A DNA stretch of 64,000 nt from Tetramitus jugosus (lineage: Eukaryota; Protista; Heterolobosea): the NCBI GenBank assembly GCA_937625935.1, contig OW569382.1, positions 186,001-250,000 on the forward strand, written 5' to 3'. The translations under genes and the position numbers were made by a program. This document shows, in pieces, positions 21,501 to 34,988 of this stretch. The notes below the pieces were generated by a model, which searched no databases, was not told the origin of the DNA, and worked only from the letters and a program-made list of their open reading frames with translations. Numbering within the stretch: the stretch's first letter is position 1; every line of letters begins with the position of its first letter.

Positions 21501-22968
21501 AGAGAAGGAAAAGAAGCAAAAGGAGATGGCGCTCAAGGTCAAGGGATCCGGTGGCAAATACTACAAGGATGACAAATCATCATCGTCTGGTGGTAAGATG
21601 GACAAGAAGGATCGATCTGGTGGCATGAGAAGATCAGAGTCATTTGATCGCAACGGTGGACGCAAGCCAAAGAATCAACAACAACAACGATATGAGAGAG
21701 GCTCATCCTCTAGTGAAGTTCGAATGGGACAACCTGTGATTGCCAATGCATGGAACAGACAAGAGAGCAGCAATGCACCACCAAGCATCTCAACCACTAG
21801 CAGCACCAAGAATGCCTTCTCAGAGTTGGCCGAAACTACACCCACCAGTGCCATGAGCAACGTGAGCGAAGACATTTTCGATGTTTCATCCATTGATACA
21901 GAGAGAGTCCAAGATCGCACTCATGGTGTCTTCAACACATTTGTCGAAGAAGACATGAAGGAGGATTCAATCACAGAATTCAAGAGTCACAAGTTTAACA
22001 AGGACGAGTTGGCATACTCTGTACGTTCATTCATCACACTGTGCATTGACAAGCAACGTGACATGAGTGAGTTTATGAGATTGTTTGCTGCGTTGGTCGA
22101 GGACGGATCCATCACAACAGAAGCCATTGACAGAGGTCTCAAACTGGCACTGCAATTCATCATTCAATCTGAATTGGTGGACGATGCGCCAATGGCCTAC
22201 AAGATTTATGGTGAGTTTATTGGAAGATGTCTATTTGAGCAATGGATCACATTTGATCAAGCTCAACAAACACTGTCATTGTACGTGCTCAACAATCATC
22301 CAACATTGGTATTGAGTGGCTCTCATGTGATTGATCTCTTGAGACACTTGATGCAAACCATTGTTCAGGAACACGACTACGCATCAGACAACCCATTGAC
22401 CAACTCTATTGAGAGACTGTGCAAGTCAGAGTTCAATCCTCTGCGATTGGTGAACAAGAAGAGACAAATGATGTCGTACTCTGATGCCATTATGCAAGAT
22501 AAGAGTGATTCATTGGACTTTGTTGCTCATGTCGTTCACTTTGTGGAAAACAATTACAAGAATGACACAACAGCTGATAATGATCTCTTGTCATACATTA
22601 ACAAGACAATTGATGCTTCTCTGCTGAAATCCAGCTCTGCTCCAGCCAAAATCTTCTCTGCACTCTATGTGACTGGTGAACATTTGAAGAAAACGACCGA
22701 GTTTGTTCAAAAGACGTTCACAAAGACATATGGTGCCTTGTTGCGTGCTGCCAATGGCACGAGTGCACAAGTCGCACTTCTCAATGAGATTGCGTTCTTT
22801 GCATCGACAAACAATGATTCATTTACATCGGGCAGTGCCTTTGAATCGAGTATCAAACTCTTTGTGGAAGAAGCAAAGCTGATCTCGAAGGCTGCTCTTG
22901 CCCAATGGTCGGAACAAGAGGCTGACACCTTTAACGCTGCAGTTGCTTGTGTCAAGCATTTGTTGTAA
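18566..22968 (+). CDS. EIF4G: Translation initiation factor eIF4G (exons 18566-18710, 19004-22968)
   Basis: MIF4G motifs (LNRLTPEKY, IFEKAVMEPNFAGLYAQLC, SSRIRFMLLDVIELR), eIF4E-binding YTRDNLL, C-terminal HEAT-like region; phase-1 GTATGT..TAG intron. Confidence 0.93.
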
Positions 22969-23129
22969 CAGAAACAATTTTGTCCCTCCTCCCTCTATCA
23001 TACAATCAAAACACCCCATCATACCCCCAACAATATCCAAAATATAATAATAAATCGGTACAATCTAATCAATATTGCTTGTTCTAAGAAAAACAAAAAC
23101 AAATCAACTAAGGGGAGAATAGAATCGAC

Positions 23130-23897
23130 ATGTCATCGTCGGACGGCAATAACCATAGTCAGACGGCGAACGATCATGTCAGTGATGATCGAATGAATAT
23201 AATCATCATCTTTTTCGGTGTCAGTGGGTGTGGAAAGGTAAAATACTGACAATACTGATCTCTGTGAGGTGCATTGTGTACATACCATTGTATTTACATT
23301 GATTAACTCTTCTCTCTCTAGTCTACAATGATGCATGCTCTGGCCAACCATGTGCAGCAGCAGCAGGAAGAGCAGCAACTCTTCTCTTTGGTTCACACAG
23401 TCGAAGGAGATGCCTTCCACCCGCCCTGCAACATTGAAAAGATGAAGCGTGGTGAGCCATTGAATGATCAAGATCGAATGCCTTGGCTACAGTCGATTAA
23501 TGATCACTTTTCTTCTCTCTTGTTGTCTCATCAAAGTTTGGAGAAGAAGGGTATTCTTATTGTGGCAGCAGTGTCAGCACTCAAGAAACAGTACAGACAA
23601 GTGTTGGCTCGAAACTTGAACACATGTCAAGTTTGGTTCGTTCATCTCAAGGCATCCTTCTCCGTCATACATGGTCGAGTATCGGATCGTAGCACAAAGA
23701 CCCAGCACTTTATGCCCGTCAAGTTGCTCGAATCACAGTTTGAAGCACTTGAGGAGGAAGCAGATGACGAAGAACAGGAAGAAGAAGAAGAAGCCAGCTA
23801 TCGAGTCATGATCATGCCATTCACTCATGAAACAACGACACAAGAAATGGTGCACAAGGTAGAACAACGAATTCTTTTTTCACATGAGCAGTCGTAA
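23130..23897 (+). CDS. IDNK: Gluconokinase (GntK/IdnK family; exons 23130-23237, 23322-23897)
   Basis: Spliced P-loop GVSGCGKST; EGDAFHP, NIEKMKRGEPLNDQDRMPWL, SALKKQYR, HFMPVKLLESQFEALE. Confidence 0.92.
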
Positions 23898-23899
23898 GC

Positions 23900-24570
23900 T
23901 GGAAAGCCATTTCATCGTTTTTTACAGTCCCTTGAGAAAGGTCACAATTTTCCACTGTAATTTCATCTCTGAAAGCTCTGTCTCGTTGACAAAAAGATAA
24001 CTCAAGTGTGCAAACACTCTTCAAATAAACTAATGCTTTCTCCGTCCTCTATCTGTGATAGTCCATTGCAAGCGTATGAATACCAGCCAGATGAGCGAAT
24101 GCTTTGTCTGTAATTTGTTTGCAACCACTCATCTCGAGTGTGTGAAGGCCAGTTAAATAAGCAAAGGCTTGATCCGTGATACAAGTACAATAGTTCATCT
24201 TGAGTGCGTGAATGCCTTTCAAATGGGCGAAAGCTTGATCCGTGATAGTGAAACAATGACAAGAACTCACATTGAGAGTATGGATGCCAGTTAAATGAAC
24301 AAATCCTTGACCTGTGAGCTTGCTGCATCCACTGATATCGAGCGTGTGAATTCCCTTCAAAAGAGATAATTGATGATCGGTGATTTTGCCACAGTAACTC
24401 ATGTCGAGGGTATGGATGCCAGTCAAATGAGTCAAGTGAGAAAACCTGAGTTTGCCACAACGACTCATAATGAGTGTGTGAATGCCAGCCAAGTGAGAAA
24501 ATGCGTCGCACTTGATCTTGTCGCAACCACTCATATTCAGAGTATGAATGCCACTTAAATGGATCAACTG
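23900..24570 (-). pseudogene. Leucine-rich repeat gene fragment (cysteine-containing LRRs)
   Basis: About 8 repeats of L-x-GIHTL-x-MS-x-C-xx-ITD; in-frame stop at 24049-24051 with another degenerate repeat after it; no good ATG start. Confidence 0.7.
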
Positions 24571-24714
24571 GTAGTTGTTTGTTTGTTTTGATCTGTCATC
24601 TGGTACCTGCGTTTCTTGGTCATCCCTTTTGTTTTTAGTTGGCTCAAACAAAAATTGCTCACAACAAGAATCAAACAATTTAAAAAATCAACAACAATTA
24701 CAGAGCAAAAAGCA

Positions 24715-26256
24715 ATGGGAAATCGATTGAGTACAAACAATGCACGCAAAGTCGTCTTGCAATCATCAACATCCACTCCTCACACAACAGCAACACCAAC
24801 AAGATTATCACAACCACCATTTGCACCCACTCATCATCATCAAACCACAACCACATTCAATCATACGAGTACAAGTCATAGTCATACCAACAACAACAAC
24901 AATAGCACGAATAGAGCAAACAATAGAGAAATTAGAAAACATGTTCAATACTCTGACAATGATCAACTGTTCATGGAGCATCAAATGAGTGAAGAAGATG
25001 TAAAAATGATGAACAAGTTGAAGAGTGATCCACATGCAGCACAATTGGAATTGGAACAGTTGAATCAGAGGTATAGAAATGAGTATGAACAAGAGTTGTC
25101 CATTTCATCTTCTCAACATGAACACCCACAGAGTAGTAGTATGAGTAGTGGTAGTGGTAGTGGTACGAGTAGAGAAGAAAGTGTATTGTCTCAAATCAAT
25201 AGTGGTGCCATGAATCATCTACTAGGTTCTACTACTACTACCACCAACACCACCAACAGCACCATCCATCATCATCAATCATCAACTACTGCTACTACTA
25301 CTACTACTACTACGAAACGCAGAGTGTATAATCAAGATACCAAAGATAGAGTCATTGCATCATCATCATCATCATCATCATCATTAGCTTCTACAATTGT
25401 TGGGCATCATCATGATGATGATGATGAATCTAATGTTGTTCGACAACCACAACCTCATGAACAAACATCAGAAGCGACACAAGATAAGACTCAAGCAGAA
25501 ACAGAGGAAGAAGAAGAAGAAGAGTATACGATTGAATTTCTCAACAATTTACAAAAATTGTCCAACAATATTCAATCGTCATCCATTCCATTCACTCCCA
25601 ATGCATTCCTACAACATCATCATCAACAATCATCATCATTATCATCATCATCATCATCATCATCTGCAGGCCAAGAACAACAGAATTGGGAATATCAATT
25701 GGGACGTGCCAAAGCAAGACCTCTCAATCATCCATTATCAAACAATAGCAACAATAACAATAGCAATAACAATAGCAGAAGAATTCATTTGGAGACACAA
25801 TTGGAAAGAAATGAAAAGTATGGTACATCTGCACCATTGGACTATTATTCTTCTTCATTTGAATCATCATCATCAAGTATTAGTAGTCGTAGTAGCGGTC
25901 AACAACAATTGGAATTTGAAGGTACATTTACACCCAAGCAAATTAAGCGCTTGTTTGATATCATGAGAGAAAAAAAGTTTAGAATGGAGAACAATAAGAA
26001 CAATAATGGTGGTGGTGTTGGTGGCAGTACAACAACAGTGGATGAACAAACTGTTGCACTCAAAGCACAAATGTTTCAAGAGTTTTGTAGTGTGCATCAA
26101 TTGGATAAGCAGAGACTGGATTCGATCGCACAGTACGTCAACAGTCCATACATTGTGAGAGCTACAAAGCATTTTGCATTTGGATTGTGGAACAAGCCTA
26201 ACTTGTCTCATCACATTTGGAAACAATCATCATCATCTCAAGAACAACAAGAATAA
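24715..26256 (+). CDS. Low-complexity protein with NDUFAF4 (complex I assembly factor)-like termini
   Basis: MG start, NRAxxREI segment and C-terminal GTFTPKQIKRLF...HQLDKQRLDSIAQYVNSP resemble the NDUFAF4 family from memory; unverified. Confidence 0.5.
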   Translation: MGNRLSTNNARKVVLQSSTSTPHTTATPTRLSQPPFAPTHHHQTTTTFNHTSTSHSHTNNNNNSTNRANNREIRKHVQYSDNDQLFMEHQMSEEDVKMMNKLKSDPHAAQLELEQLNQRYRNEYEQELSISSSQHEHPQSSSMSSGSGSGTSREESVLSQINSGAMNHLLGSTTTTTNTTNSTIHHHQSSTTATTTTTTTKRRVYNQDTKDRVIASSSSSSSSLASTIVGHHHDDDDESNVVRQPQPHEQTSEATQDKTQAETEEEEEEEYTIEFLNNLQKLSNNIQSSSIPFTPNAFLQHHHQQSSSLSSSSSSSSAGQEQQNWEYQLGRAKARPLNHPLSNNSNNNNSNNNSRRIHLETQLERNEKYGTSAPLDYYSSSFESSSSSISSRSSGQQQLEFEGTFTPKQIKRLFDIMREKKFRMENNKNNNGGGVGGSTTTVDEQTVALKAQMFQEFCSVHQLDKQRLDSIAQYVNSPYIVRATKHFAFGLWNKPNLSHHIWKQSSSSQEQQE

Positions 26257-27327
26257 AATGTCAATTCATTGTATTGTGATTGAAATACGCGTAAGATGTC
26301 ATTGTGGTCTTGGTTTGTGGTGGTGGTAGTGGTGGAAGAGTACCCATGTTTCTCATGGTGCTTCACGATCCTTTCGTAGAACTGTACTGTTTCTCGCTCA
26401 CACTACTCGTTGAAGTGATTTGCGTACAGGTCACGTTACATTTTCTTCTTGGTAATGTACCCTGCTCCAGCAGCAAAATAGGTTCGTGTATTCTCGACCA
26501 TGACCAATCGATTGTCATTCTGCATGAACCAAAATCGTCGAGAAGTAAATTTGTAGATGATGAACAAGGTAACAGTGCGAGATAACCTGAAGCAACACCC
26601 CTCCAAATTCGTTGCGAAGAATACCTTCGTTTTAGAATCGAATACAAGAGAAGGACAAAACCGCATATACCTAGTTGCAACATAATTTAGTTCCTAACGA
26701 GTTCATTTACATTCAACATGTGAGTGTGTTTCTGGTGTTAAATTGGACTTTCTTCTGACCGATGTAATGCCTTGACCTCGGCGGGAGCTAGCACCGGACC
26801 CGATTAATATGGCACGATGACACTTCTTTAACATATAACTGTGCAGTATTTAGTTCAGATTGATATCGTACACTTAAATATTTTAATCTCACAAACTATA
26901 CAAATAAAAATAAATATATCAGTATTCAATTGTTAAATCAGTACTTAATTCTTTCCCTCTAATTTCGTTGGTGCATATAAGTTTGTCGAGGAATTCTTGA
27001 TTGGGTCGCACTTTCTCAAAAACATCCACTCGCGTCTTACAGACAAAAAATGAAGGTAACAGGACAGAAAGATTGTTGGTTTGAAGAAGAGTTGAGAACT
27101 GTGGCCATCTGCAGATGTTTTGAACAGAAACGTTCATCATTTACATGTAAATATCCTTTTCGTGAAACAGCATCCGTAGATAGGTAACGTAAACACGTAT
27201 TCTTATCCTCAGCAGTTGCATTTCTGTTCAATCCAACAGAGACCAACAACAATTTCCTCCCGCCATTTACAAAACGGTTGTCATTTTAAGCGCCAACAAA
27301 ATTTTTACGGTCGAGAGAAGTTGGTAT

Positions 27328-28413
27328 TTACTGCCTGGACGTCTTTGTCGTGTTCATGAGAAATTGAAGCAGCTCTTGGCCGGAAGCTGAAGGCCTAAGA
27401 TTCATGGACTCAATAGCGGCTTGCTGTGCGAAAATCATGTGTTCCTCTCCTCCCATCGCCAAGTGTAACTTGGCTCTCTCCTGCAACTGGAAAGCCAAAT
27501 CCGTTGACATGAGCTCTGCTGAGGCGTTTTGGCCAGCAACCTTCAAGGCAGGTCTCAACCGCTTCTCAATCAAAAAGTTCTTGTATTTCAGTGCCATATC
27601 CCATTTCTTTTCGGCCTGGTACACTTGTGACTTGATCATGCATGCCACATTCATATCATAGAACAAATGATTGGACAATTGCAATGATTCAATCTCTCTC
27701 TCCAGTGCAAAAATCTTGTCACAGTGCTCCAAGCAGTCATCCCACTGCTTCATCAAAAAGTAATTGGAAGCATATTGTCTGTGGATGTACACTGATAGAC
27801 TCGTAATCTTTCGTGCTTGAATCAGTGTGTCATGTCTCACCTTTTCAGCTGTTTCTGCTACAGATTCAATTATGGGTTCTTTACAAGTCGTCGCATGATG
27901 AGCATTCTTCTTCTGATTCATCTCGGTACTTTCTTTCATTTGGCGAACGAGGTGATCGAGCTGTGCAACACTGTGCAGTGCTTCCTGAAAGTGTCGAGCA
28001 CTCATCTCTTGAGCAATCTTGCGTTGAATCGACAGCAACAATTCATCATTCTCATCATTCTCATCAACAACAACAACAACAACAGTAGCATCATTATTAT
28101 TGCAATCGTCATTGCCACCACCACCACCACCACCACTACTTTGTTCGCCAATGGTACTAGTACCATCTGCCGCTGCTACTGTTGTTGATGCATAACAATC
28201 GAAAACTCTCGTGTGATAAGATTGTTGTTTGTGGTGACAGACGTGTAACCATCTGCTGCTTCTGCTGCTGCTGCTGCTGATCGCAAACACTGGTGTGTAA
28301 CAAATGGAGTCATGCGTATGATGATGATGATGATGAGCAGCCCGTATGAATCGACAACTACTGACTGCACATGTCTTGAGATGATTGTAAAATATCAATC
28401 GATGATGCACCAT
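27328..28413 (-). CDS. TPR-like helical repeat protein, possibly mitochondrial
   Basis: 361-aa ORF; helical segments YASNYFLMKQWDDCLEHC and SQVYQAEKKWDMALKY; basic N-terminus. Confidence 0.6.
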   Translation of the reverse strand: MVHHRLIFYNHLKTCAVSSCRFIRAAHHHHHHTHDSICYTPVFAISSSSSRSSRWLHVCHHKQQSYHTRVFDCYASTTVAAADGTSTIGEQSSGGGGGGGNDDCNNNDATVVVVVVDENDENDELLLSIQRKIAQEMSARHFQEALHSVAQLDHLVRQMKESTEMNQKKNAHHATTCKEPIIESVAETAEKVRHDTLIQARKITSLSVYIHRQYASNYFLMKQWDDCLEHCDKIFALEREIESLQLSNHLFYDMNVACMIKSQVYQAEKKWDMALKYKNFLIEKRLRPALKVAGQNASAELMSTDLAFQLQERAKLHLAMGGEEHMIFAQQAAIESMNLRPSASGQELLQFLMNTTKTSRQ

Positions 28414-28991
28414 TGTGTGTCTTTTTTGCTTTTTTCAGGTAAGTAGTTGCCAAGGTGTGAATTCAACGGAACTAGCGTTGTTTATTGTTTTGGCGTTACC
28501 TAAACCCAAACATTGCTGGAGTGGGTACAGTAACATCCAAGTTATTGTACTTTTCAAGATCTGCCAAAGGGTCAACTAGCGCAACAGACTGGAATGCTGG
28601 TTGTGACACAGCTGTTTTGACATCCCCAGGTCCAAAGCTTCTGTTTCTCAGCATTTCCTTGCAGCTTCCAACTTCGCCATTAGTCTCTTAGTCTGGTACC
28701 CTTTTTGGTTAAGTTGTAGTAGTCTCGAATGCTGATACTCTTTGAGTCAATGTGTCCACTCATTGTTTCAAGCTGACGGTGGAGATCCTTCTTGACGCCT
28801 TTTGATGTGTTCGCCAAAATGAGATGAATAACTTTTAAAATAATGATGTCCTGTTGATGAATTGTTGAAGTACAGAAATTTATGAACATATACATGTATT
28901 TTAGCCTATTCATAATAGTGCACAGAGACATACATCCTAGAATCCAAGCAGATAAAACAACTTCGAGGTACGAAAGTGTGCTTGATTGATT

Positions 28992-31900
28992 CTACACTGC
29001 CATCAGTTCATAATCTGAATGACTCGTCTTCAGTCGAGTGACTGTTCTTTTCAATTTACTCAATCCTTGTAGTGCCTTTTTACGATCTGATACAACATTC
29101 ACAATGTGAAATCTGTATCGGAAATCTGGATGGAGCTTTTGTGCTGCATTGGCAAACTCCATTGTTCTCTGCTTGTCTTCCAACTTTTCTATTGCTGATT
29201 GAACTCTGTTCTTAAAGTTGTTGGTGTTCAAATCCGAAGTAGCTGCAGTCATCTTTTGAAGAATCGTCTATCATCAATGAATGAATTGAAAACAATAGTG
29301 TGGCATGGTGTGTTAGAACATTCTGAGTGAGAAGCAATTACAATACACACAATTAATAAACAACGTACCGGAATCAGAGGCAACAAAGAACCACCCAAGA
29401 CTGTAAACAACTGAGAATTCTTTCCACCGAAAAAGTTGACATCGAACACAGACACACCCAAGAACAATGTACACAAAACAACCAACGTAATCACCATCTG
29501 AGAGATCTTTGCCTGAGCAATGGTTTCTACGTGGGCCATTTCACACACTGAGAGGAACACACGCCATGTCATGGGCACTCTGTGCACAACAAATCTAGCT
29601 GGATATCCACGATACTTCTCCATAAATCGCTTCTCAATCTCCTCTGGTGTCAACTTGAGCATACGCGCATTCTGATTTTTCATAGAAACAAGTGTCGCTG
29701 GTTCTCTGCTCTGGAGAAGCATTTCCTTCACACCGATGAATGGCTTGTGGGTTTCCACAAGAAACGTGTAAATCGTAGTTGCTAATGTAATAAAGTATGA
29801 GTACATGGGAACTGTGCTCGTATCAACAACGAGATTGGCAATCGTAGAGAACATGAGACGTGAAATCACAACACCAATATTCAAACTAAGCAAATACAGT
29901 GTCCATATCCACACAAAATCAATCACTACAGTTCCCAGTGTAAATGTGAATGCCTCCCAGACTCTACGATACCATGCTTGTTCATACTTTTCTGATATGA
30001 GGATTGTGCTTCGCTTCGTTCTCTTCTTGAAACAACCTTTGAACATGAGTGTTTGAACGTGTTTGATCCATGTGCGGAACGGATATCTCATAAAAATGAC
30101 ACTGAGAACAATGAATCCGAGAGCAAAGCATGGCACTTCAGCGTACAAGAATGGATGAACAAATGGTCGAAACACGAAAAAGCTCACTACTCCCACACTG
30201 CCCGATATCAAGCCTCCAAATACCATTCCCATCACTAATTTGAACAGAAAGATGAATACTGCAGTGAAGCAGGAACGACCCTTTGACTTGTTCCTTGACT
30301 TTAGTTTCATTGCTGTTTTCTTGATTGAGAAACTGGTTTGGTTCATGGGACCAAGACCACTCATGTCTGTCGCCGTTGTGTATTCGTCATCATACGTTAC
30401 ATCTGCCCGGTCATTCATCTCTTGTTGAGCATTCGAGAACTTACTATTGTCGTTGTTGAGCAATAATTTGGTAGCTCTTCTTTTTCGGCTTGTTGTTGCT
30501 GATGTGGTAGGTGCAACAGTGGTACCTCCATCATTGTTATCATTCCCAGCATCATCATCGCTCGCACTGTCCTCCTCATCTTCAAAATCAAAGCTTGCTT
30601 CCAATTGATTGTCATTGAAATCATCAATTCGGTCACTCTCTTCATCATTATCAACAACAACATCCTTGTTCTCATTACTGTTGCTCACACCAGTGGCACT
30701 GGTCGTAGCCCCGTTGTTTGTTGTTGATTGTCTGCTCGCTATAGCACTCTTCACCTTCTTTACAATCTTATCATTGTCATTTTCATCAGCGTCATCGTCG
30801 TCATCATCCGAATCAGAATCATCAGAATCACTGCCATTATTAATGGCAGACATGGCTCTCATTCTGTCGAGCATCATCATCTGCTGTTCTTGCTTGTATC
30901 TGAGAACAATCATGTTACCTATAGAGAAGAGAGACTGGAATGAATCTTGATACTTTTTGTTACTGGCGACTAGAATCTTGAACAATGTACATGACAGATT
31001 GACACCAATCACCAAGAATAGCAATGGCAACTTGAGCCACAGAAAATTGGTTGCAATGTAACCACCACCAGAGTTACCACCTTCCCTCTTGCCGGCCCAT
31101 GTCAACGGTGTGAAACATGTCAGTGTAATCAAAAAGTAGAGCAACGCGTGGAAGCACAGCAGCACAAAACCTTCCCAGAATCTGAAATTGACTCGCAACT
31201 TCAATGGCAAAAGACGAGGGAATATGTTGGGAAAGAATGGAGGCTCATAGAACGAATTGGTCACCTGTAATTCACCATGCCTTGACTTTTGTTGCGAAAT
31301 CTTCTTTAGAAAATTCAACTTTCGCAGCACAAAATAGAACGTGTACGCCACAATGACATGAGTCATCATACCGAATGTTACTTGAGTGAACAACAAGTAG
31401 CCTGACATGCTCACCTTGAGTAAATTTTCAATATCGTTCTTTCCATCTCCATTGTCATCATCGTAGCTAATGGACACGGGTGCAGGTATGACTCGAGTGT
31501 AACTGTTGAGTCGAAAGTCCTTCTTTGCATAGCAATAGAAATCATCGCTCCACACTCGAATTCGATACATTTCTCCAAAACAGAGGAACCACTTGGTAGT
31601 GTCCACTGTTTTGAACACTGCTGTCGTGGCAAACAAGTTTAGTTCATACATGGATTTAAATGAATCCAAATTGATCAAACGTTCTTCACGCGTACTACCA
31701 CTACCATTCTCACCGTTCGTAGTAGTAGTAGTAGTAGTTGTATTCACTACATAGGTGAGATTGTCTCTGAGTTGTAACCGTACAAAACTCATCTTTTCAT
31801 CAATGGTACCAAATGTGAACAATCGAGTGTAGGGCAACATCCACATGAGTGTTGCATTGGCTACCAACTTGACTTCCAAGTAGTAGTGTACCACATTTTT

Positions 31901-32317
31901 GGTCGTTGGTGTACTTGGTGTTGTACCATTCTTACTACCACTACTACCAGATGAGTCATCATCATCTACATAGTGCTTGATTGTGTCATCTTGATCACTG
32001 GCCAATAGTTTCTTGATGCGCGATACAGATTGAGAAGATGATGATTCGATCCATGTCTGAGGAATAGTAATTTGAATGTGAACTACTTTGGTGACACTTG
32101 TAATGGCCAGTGTGTCCTTTAGTGATTGAATCGATGCATCTGTAAAGTACTTTGTGTGGTTGTTGAAGTGAAACAAGTGATTGCTTGTTGTTGTTGTCTC
32201 AGCAGAAGCAGCAGCAGCAGCAACACTTGCTGTGGTGAATAGTCCAACAGTGGATATCAACAACAACAACAGCAACAACAGCCATTGTTGGTTGTGGCGA
32301 ATCAAGATGGATGACAT
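28992..32317 (-). CDS. Multi-pass membrane protein with signal peptide (exons 32317-29369, 29267-28992)
   Basis: Leu-rich signal, about 9 hydrophobic segments, acidic loop; a GTACGT..TAG intron joins the 28992-29252 ORF in frame. Confidence 0.8.
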
Positions 32318-32618
32318 GCTTCTGTCGTTTGTTTGTGTGTGGAAAATGATGATGTTGAAAAAACAATTTTGATTGACACAATATCGCTCTTTGTTCCCGT
32401 GAAGTCGAACAGTCTATTTGTCTTTGTGTTCAGCAAAGGACTTCTGTTTTGTTGTTGTTCTCTCTGGGCGTGTTCTTTTCTTTCTTTGATGTCGAGGGGA
32501 AATTCTTCAGGGGGAGTTTTAGGAATAGGGGATAGGAATCTCCACAACACAGTTCAGCTGGCAATCACCCTTCAACCTTGTGATTGTAAGAGAAATTTTC
32601 CAAGTCTCCTTCTCCTCT

Positions 32619-34558
32619 TTATTCTTGTCGTTGGCATTTCTTTTGGTGCATGTAGGCTTCCATTCTTATACGAGCCATACTCACAACTCTCCTGCCAGCA
32701 ATGTTCTGTTCAGGGGGATGATGACGAGCTAACAAGGGGGATGAGGGAATGCTGGTCTCTAACGTCCTGTTTGGAAACTTCTTCTTTGACCGATTAGAGT
32801 CAGAGTCATTGATTTGTTCGCTGTTCATTAATTGCGAGACATGAAAGAGAATATCTTGTTGGTCTTTCTCTATTTGGTGTAGTCTGCCCGTGTTCAATTC
32901 TAGCAATTCGAGGTTCCTTCTCTTCAAATCTTTGTATCGGTACCATGAGTAGAGCATGTGAACTATGCAGACAAAGATGGATAATTTCCTGAAAAAGTAT
33001 AGGTGGGAATGTATCGTCATGCTCGTCCAGTTCTGGCTGCTTCCATATCTAATGATAGCTCTTTCAACAAACACACTAATGGTCATAATGAGAAACAAGT
33101 AAACCCTTGAATTTCTCGTGTACTTGGTTGAAGTGAGCAGAAAGCCCACTACCAGGAAAGCGAGGTAATAGAAGATGGCTTGGATCGTTATGAATTCTCC
33201 AAGAAGAGACGAGTGCAGTCGCATTACTTTGTCAATAGCTGTGTACACCCGTGAGAAACTGTCATTTACCACTTGTTGTTGCTTTCGAATACTGTCAGAA
33301 GTTTCTTGACTGACATACAGCAATTCCGTTATCGACTTTTCAGCATTCTTGAAGGACAGCTTTTGATGTTGCATTAGATCGAGCATGAACTGTTTAGCTT
33401 TTTCTTGTTGTACCAATAGATCTTCTTGCTGTTTCAACGACTCTGATATCCTCTTGCTAATGGAGTTTGCTTGCTCCTCGAATTTCTTTAGCTCTACCCC
33501 AGTTTTCTCATAGTACTCTCTTTGTTGATCACTTAGAGCTGATTGTCCATCAAGAAGTTCATTCTGAATTGTTAGAGATCGATTGGTGTACTCGCTGATC
33601 AATTTCTGGGCGGCCTTCAATTGGGTCACATCTCTATCTAAAATCTCTTGCATATTCTTTATACTATGAGAGTATTCCAAAGACTGAAGCATTGCATTGT
33701 TCATTTGCTTTGCATGTTGAGCGTACACTATCGAGAATTGTTGGTGCTGATTGTGTAAGTCTCTCTGGTTTTGACTCACTGACTCAACACCCAACTTTAA
33801 TTCATCTGTAATCTTATCTATGTGAAGAGCATGACTCAAGAATTTCTCAAAATTTTTCTTCTCTTGCTCATTTACAGTCTCTATTGATGTCTGAAGTTGT
33901 TTCTGGGATCCTATCAACTGTTCTTGGTTTTCTTGGGAATATCTCAACAGTTCCACAATGTGGGAGGCGTTATGAGATACCTGCTTGAGTACCTTTGAGA
34001 CCTGTTCGGACTCTGATACTAGTTCATGGATAAGGTTCTCTGTCTGTTCTTGAAACATCTCAGATTGAATATAAAAACACATGGAGTCGACATGAGAAAC
34101 AAATTCTGTGTAAGCGTTGAAAGCAATAGGGCTGGATAACATGTCACGCGTACATTGATACACTGTCATTTCTTCTGTACACGGATAGGGGCTCAATCCT
34201 GATTTCATAAGGTGGCAATTCGTGAAATGCACCGCCAACTTTGAACGATTAGAGTCATTTGCTTTAACGTCTCTACAATTCAACTCTAACTTCTGTATGG
34301 CTTCTTTCCAACACAAACCCCAATTTCCTTCATTCACTCTGTAATGGCTCAATTGTTCTGAAGATGAATGTTAATCCTATAATCTAGATAAACAACAATG
34401 AATTGAAGATACATACTACTGCCTTTCTCAATATTGTCTAAAACAGCAGAGTTCCAAAAGTTAAACAACCATGAATTGGATGCACTCACAGATTGGTAGA
34501 GCAAAAGAGATAGAATCAGAAAGAGGAAGGTGTTTAAGCACTGATTTGAACGATTCAT
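32619..34558 (-). CDS. GEX1: GEX1/KAR5/Brambleberry nuclear-envelope fusion protein (exons 34558-34417, 34357-32619)
   Basis: Signal peptide, Cys-rich domain CW..AI..L...C...RSKLAVHFTNCHL..SG...C...C...AYTEF..HVDSMCFY, long coiled coil and three TM helices. Confidence 0.9.
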
Positions 34559-34988
34559 GGTTATTGTTATGGGATGTGTTATGTGAGTGTTGTTGTTTTT
34601 TGGGTGAATGAACAACTTTTCAAAATCTTTTGTATTGGTTGAGTTGACAGTATGTGAAGGGAGAGTTGACTCTCATTGACTGATAGCAAAACACTCGTTC
34701 ACCCATCATCACTGTACTTGTTGTTTGAGCTTGAAACAATTTTGAGTCCGTACAGAATGACACTTGATGCCCCATCGGCCTACAAAACGTGGGGACAAAA
34801 AATCGAATCGTTCCCATTCTCGTGTCGAATTGCCTCAAATGAATTCATAAAGTACGCAAGTGCAGCAGAAACACCAGTGACATAACAATGAACTTGTACG
34901 AAAAGTGAAAGGAAGTGGAAGTGGATGTGGTGTGAGGTGTTGAGATGGTTGGGTGGGTGGGAGTGGATTGTTTGTGAGGAAAAAAATT

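Noticed and set aside
26300-27300. Short minus-strand ORF fragments, one faintly DnaJ-like (GLNRNATAED)
   Set aside because: No HPD motif, multiple frame breaks, no family assignable by eye
28440-28980. Possible degenerate intron-containing gene on the minus strand
   Set aside because: Interrupted by stops, no start codon or recognisable domain
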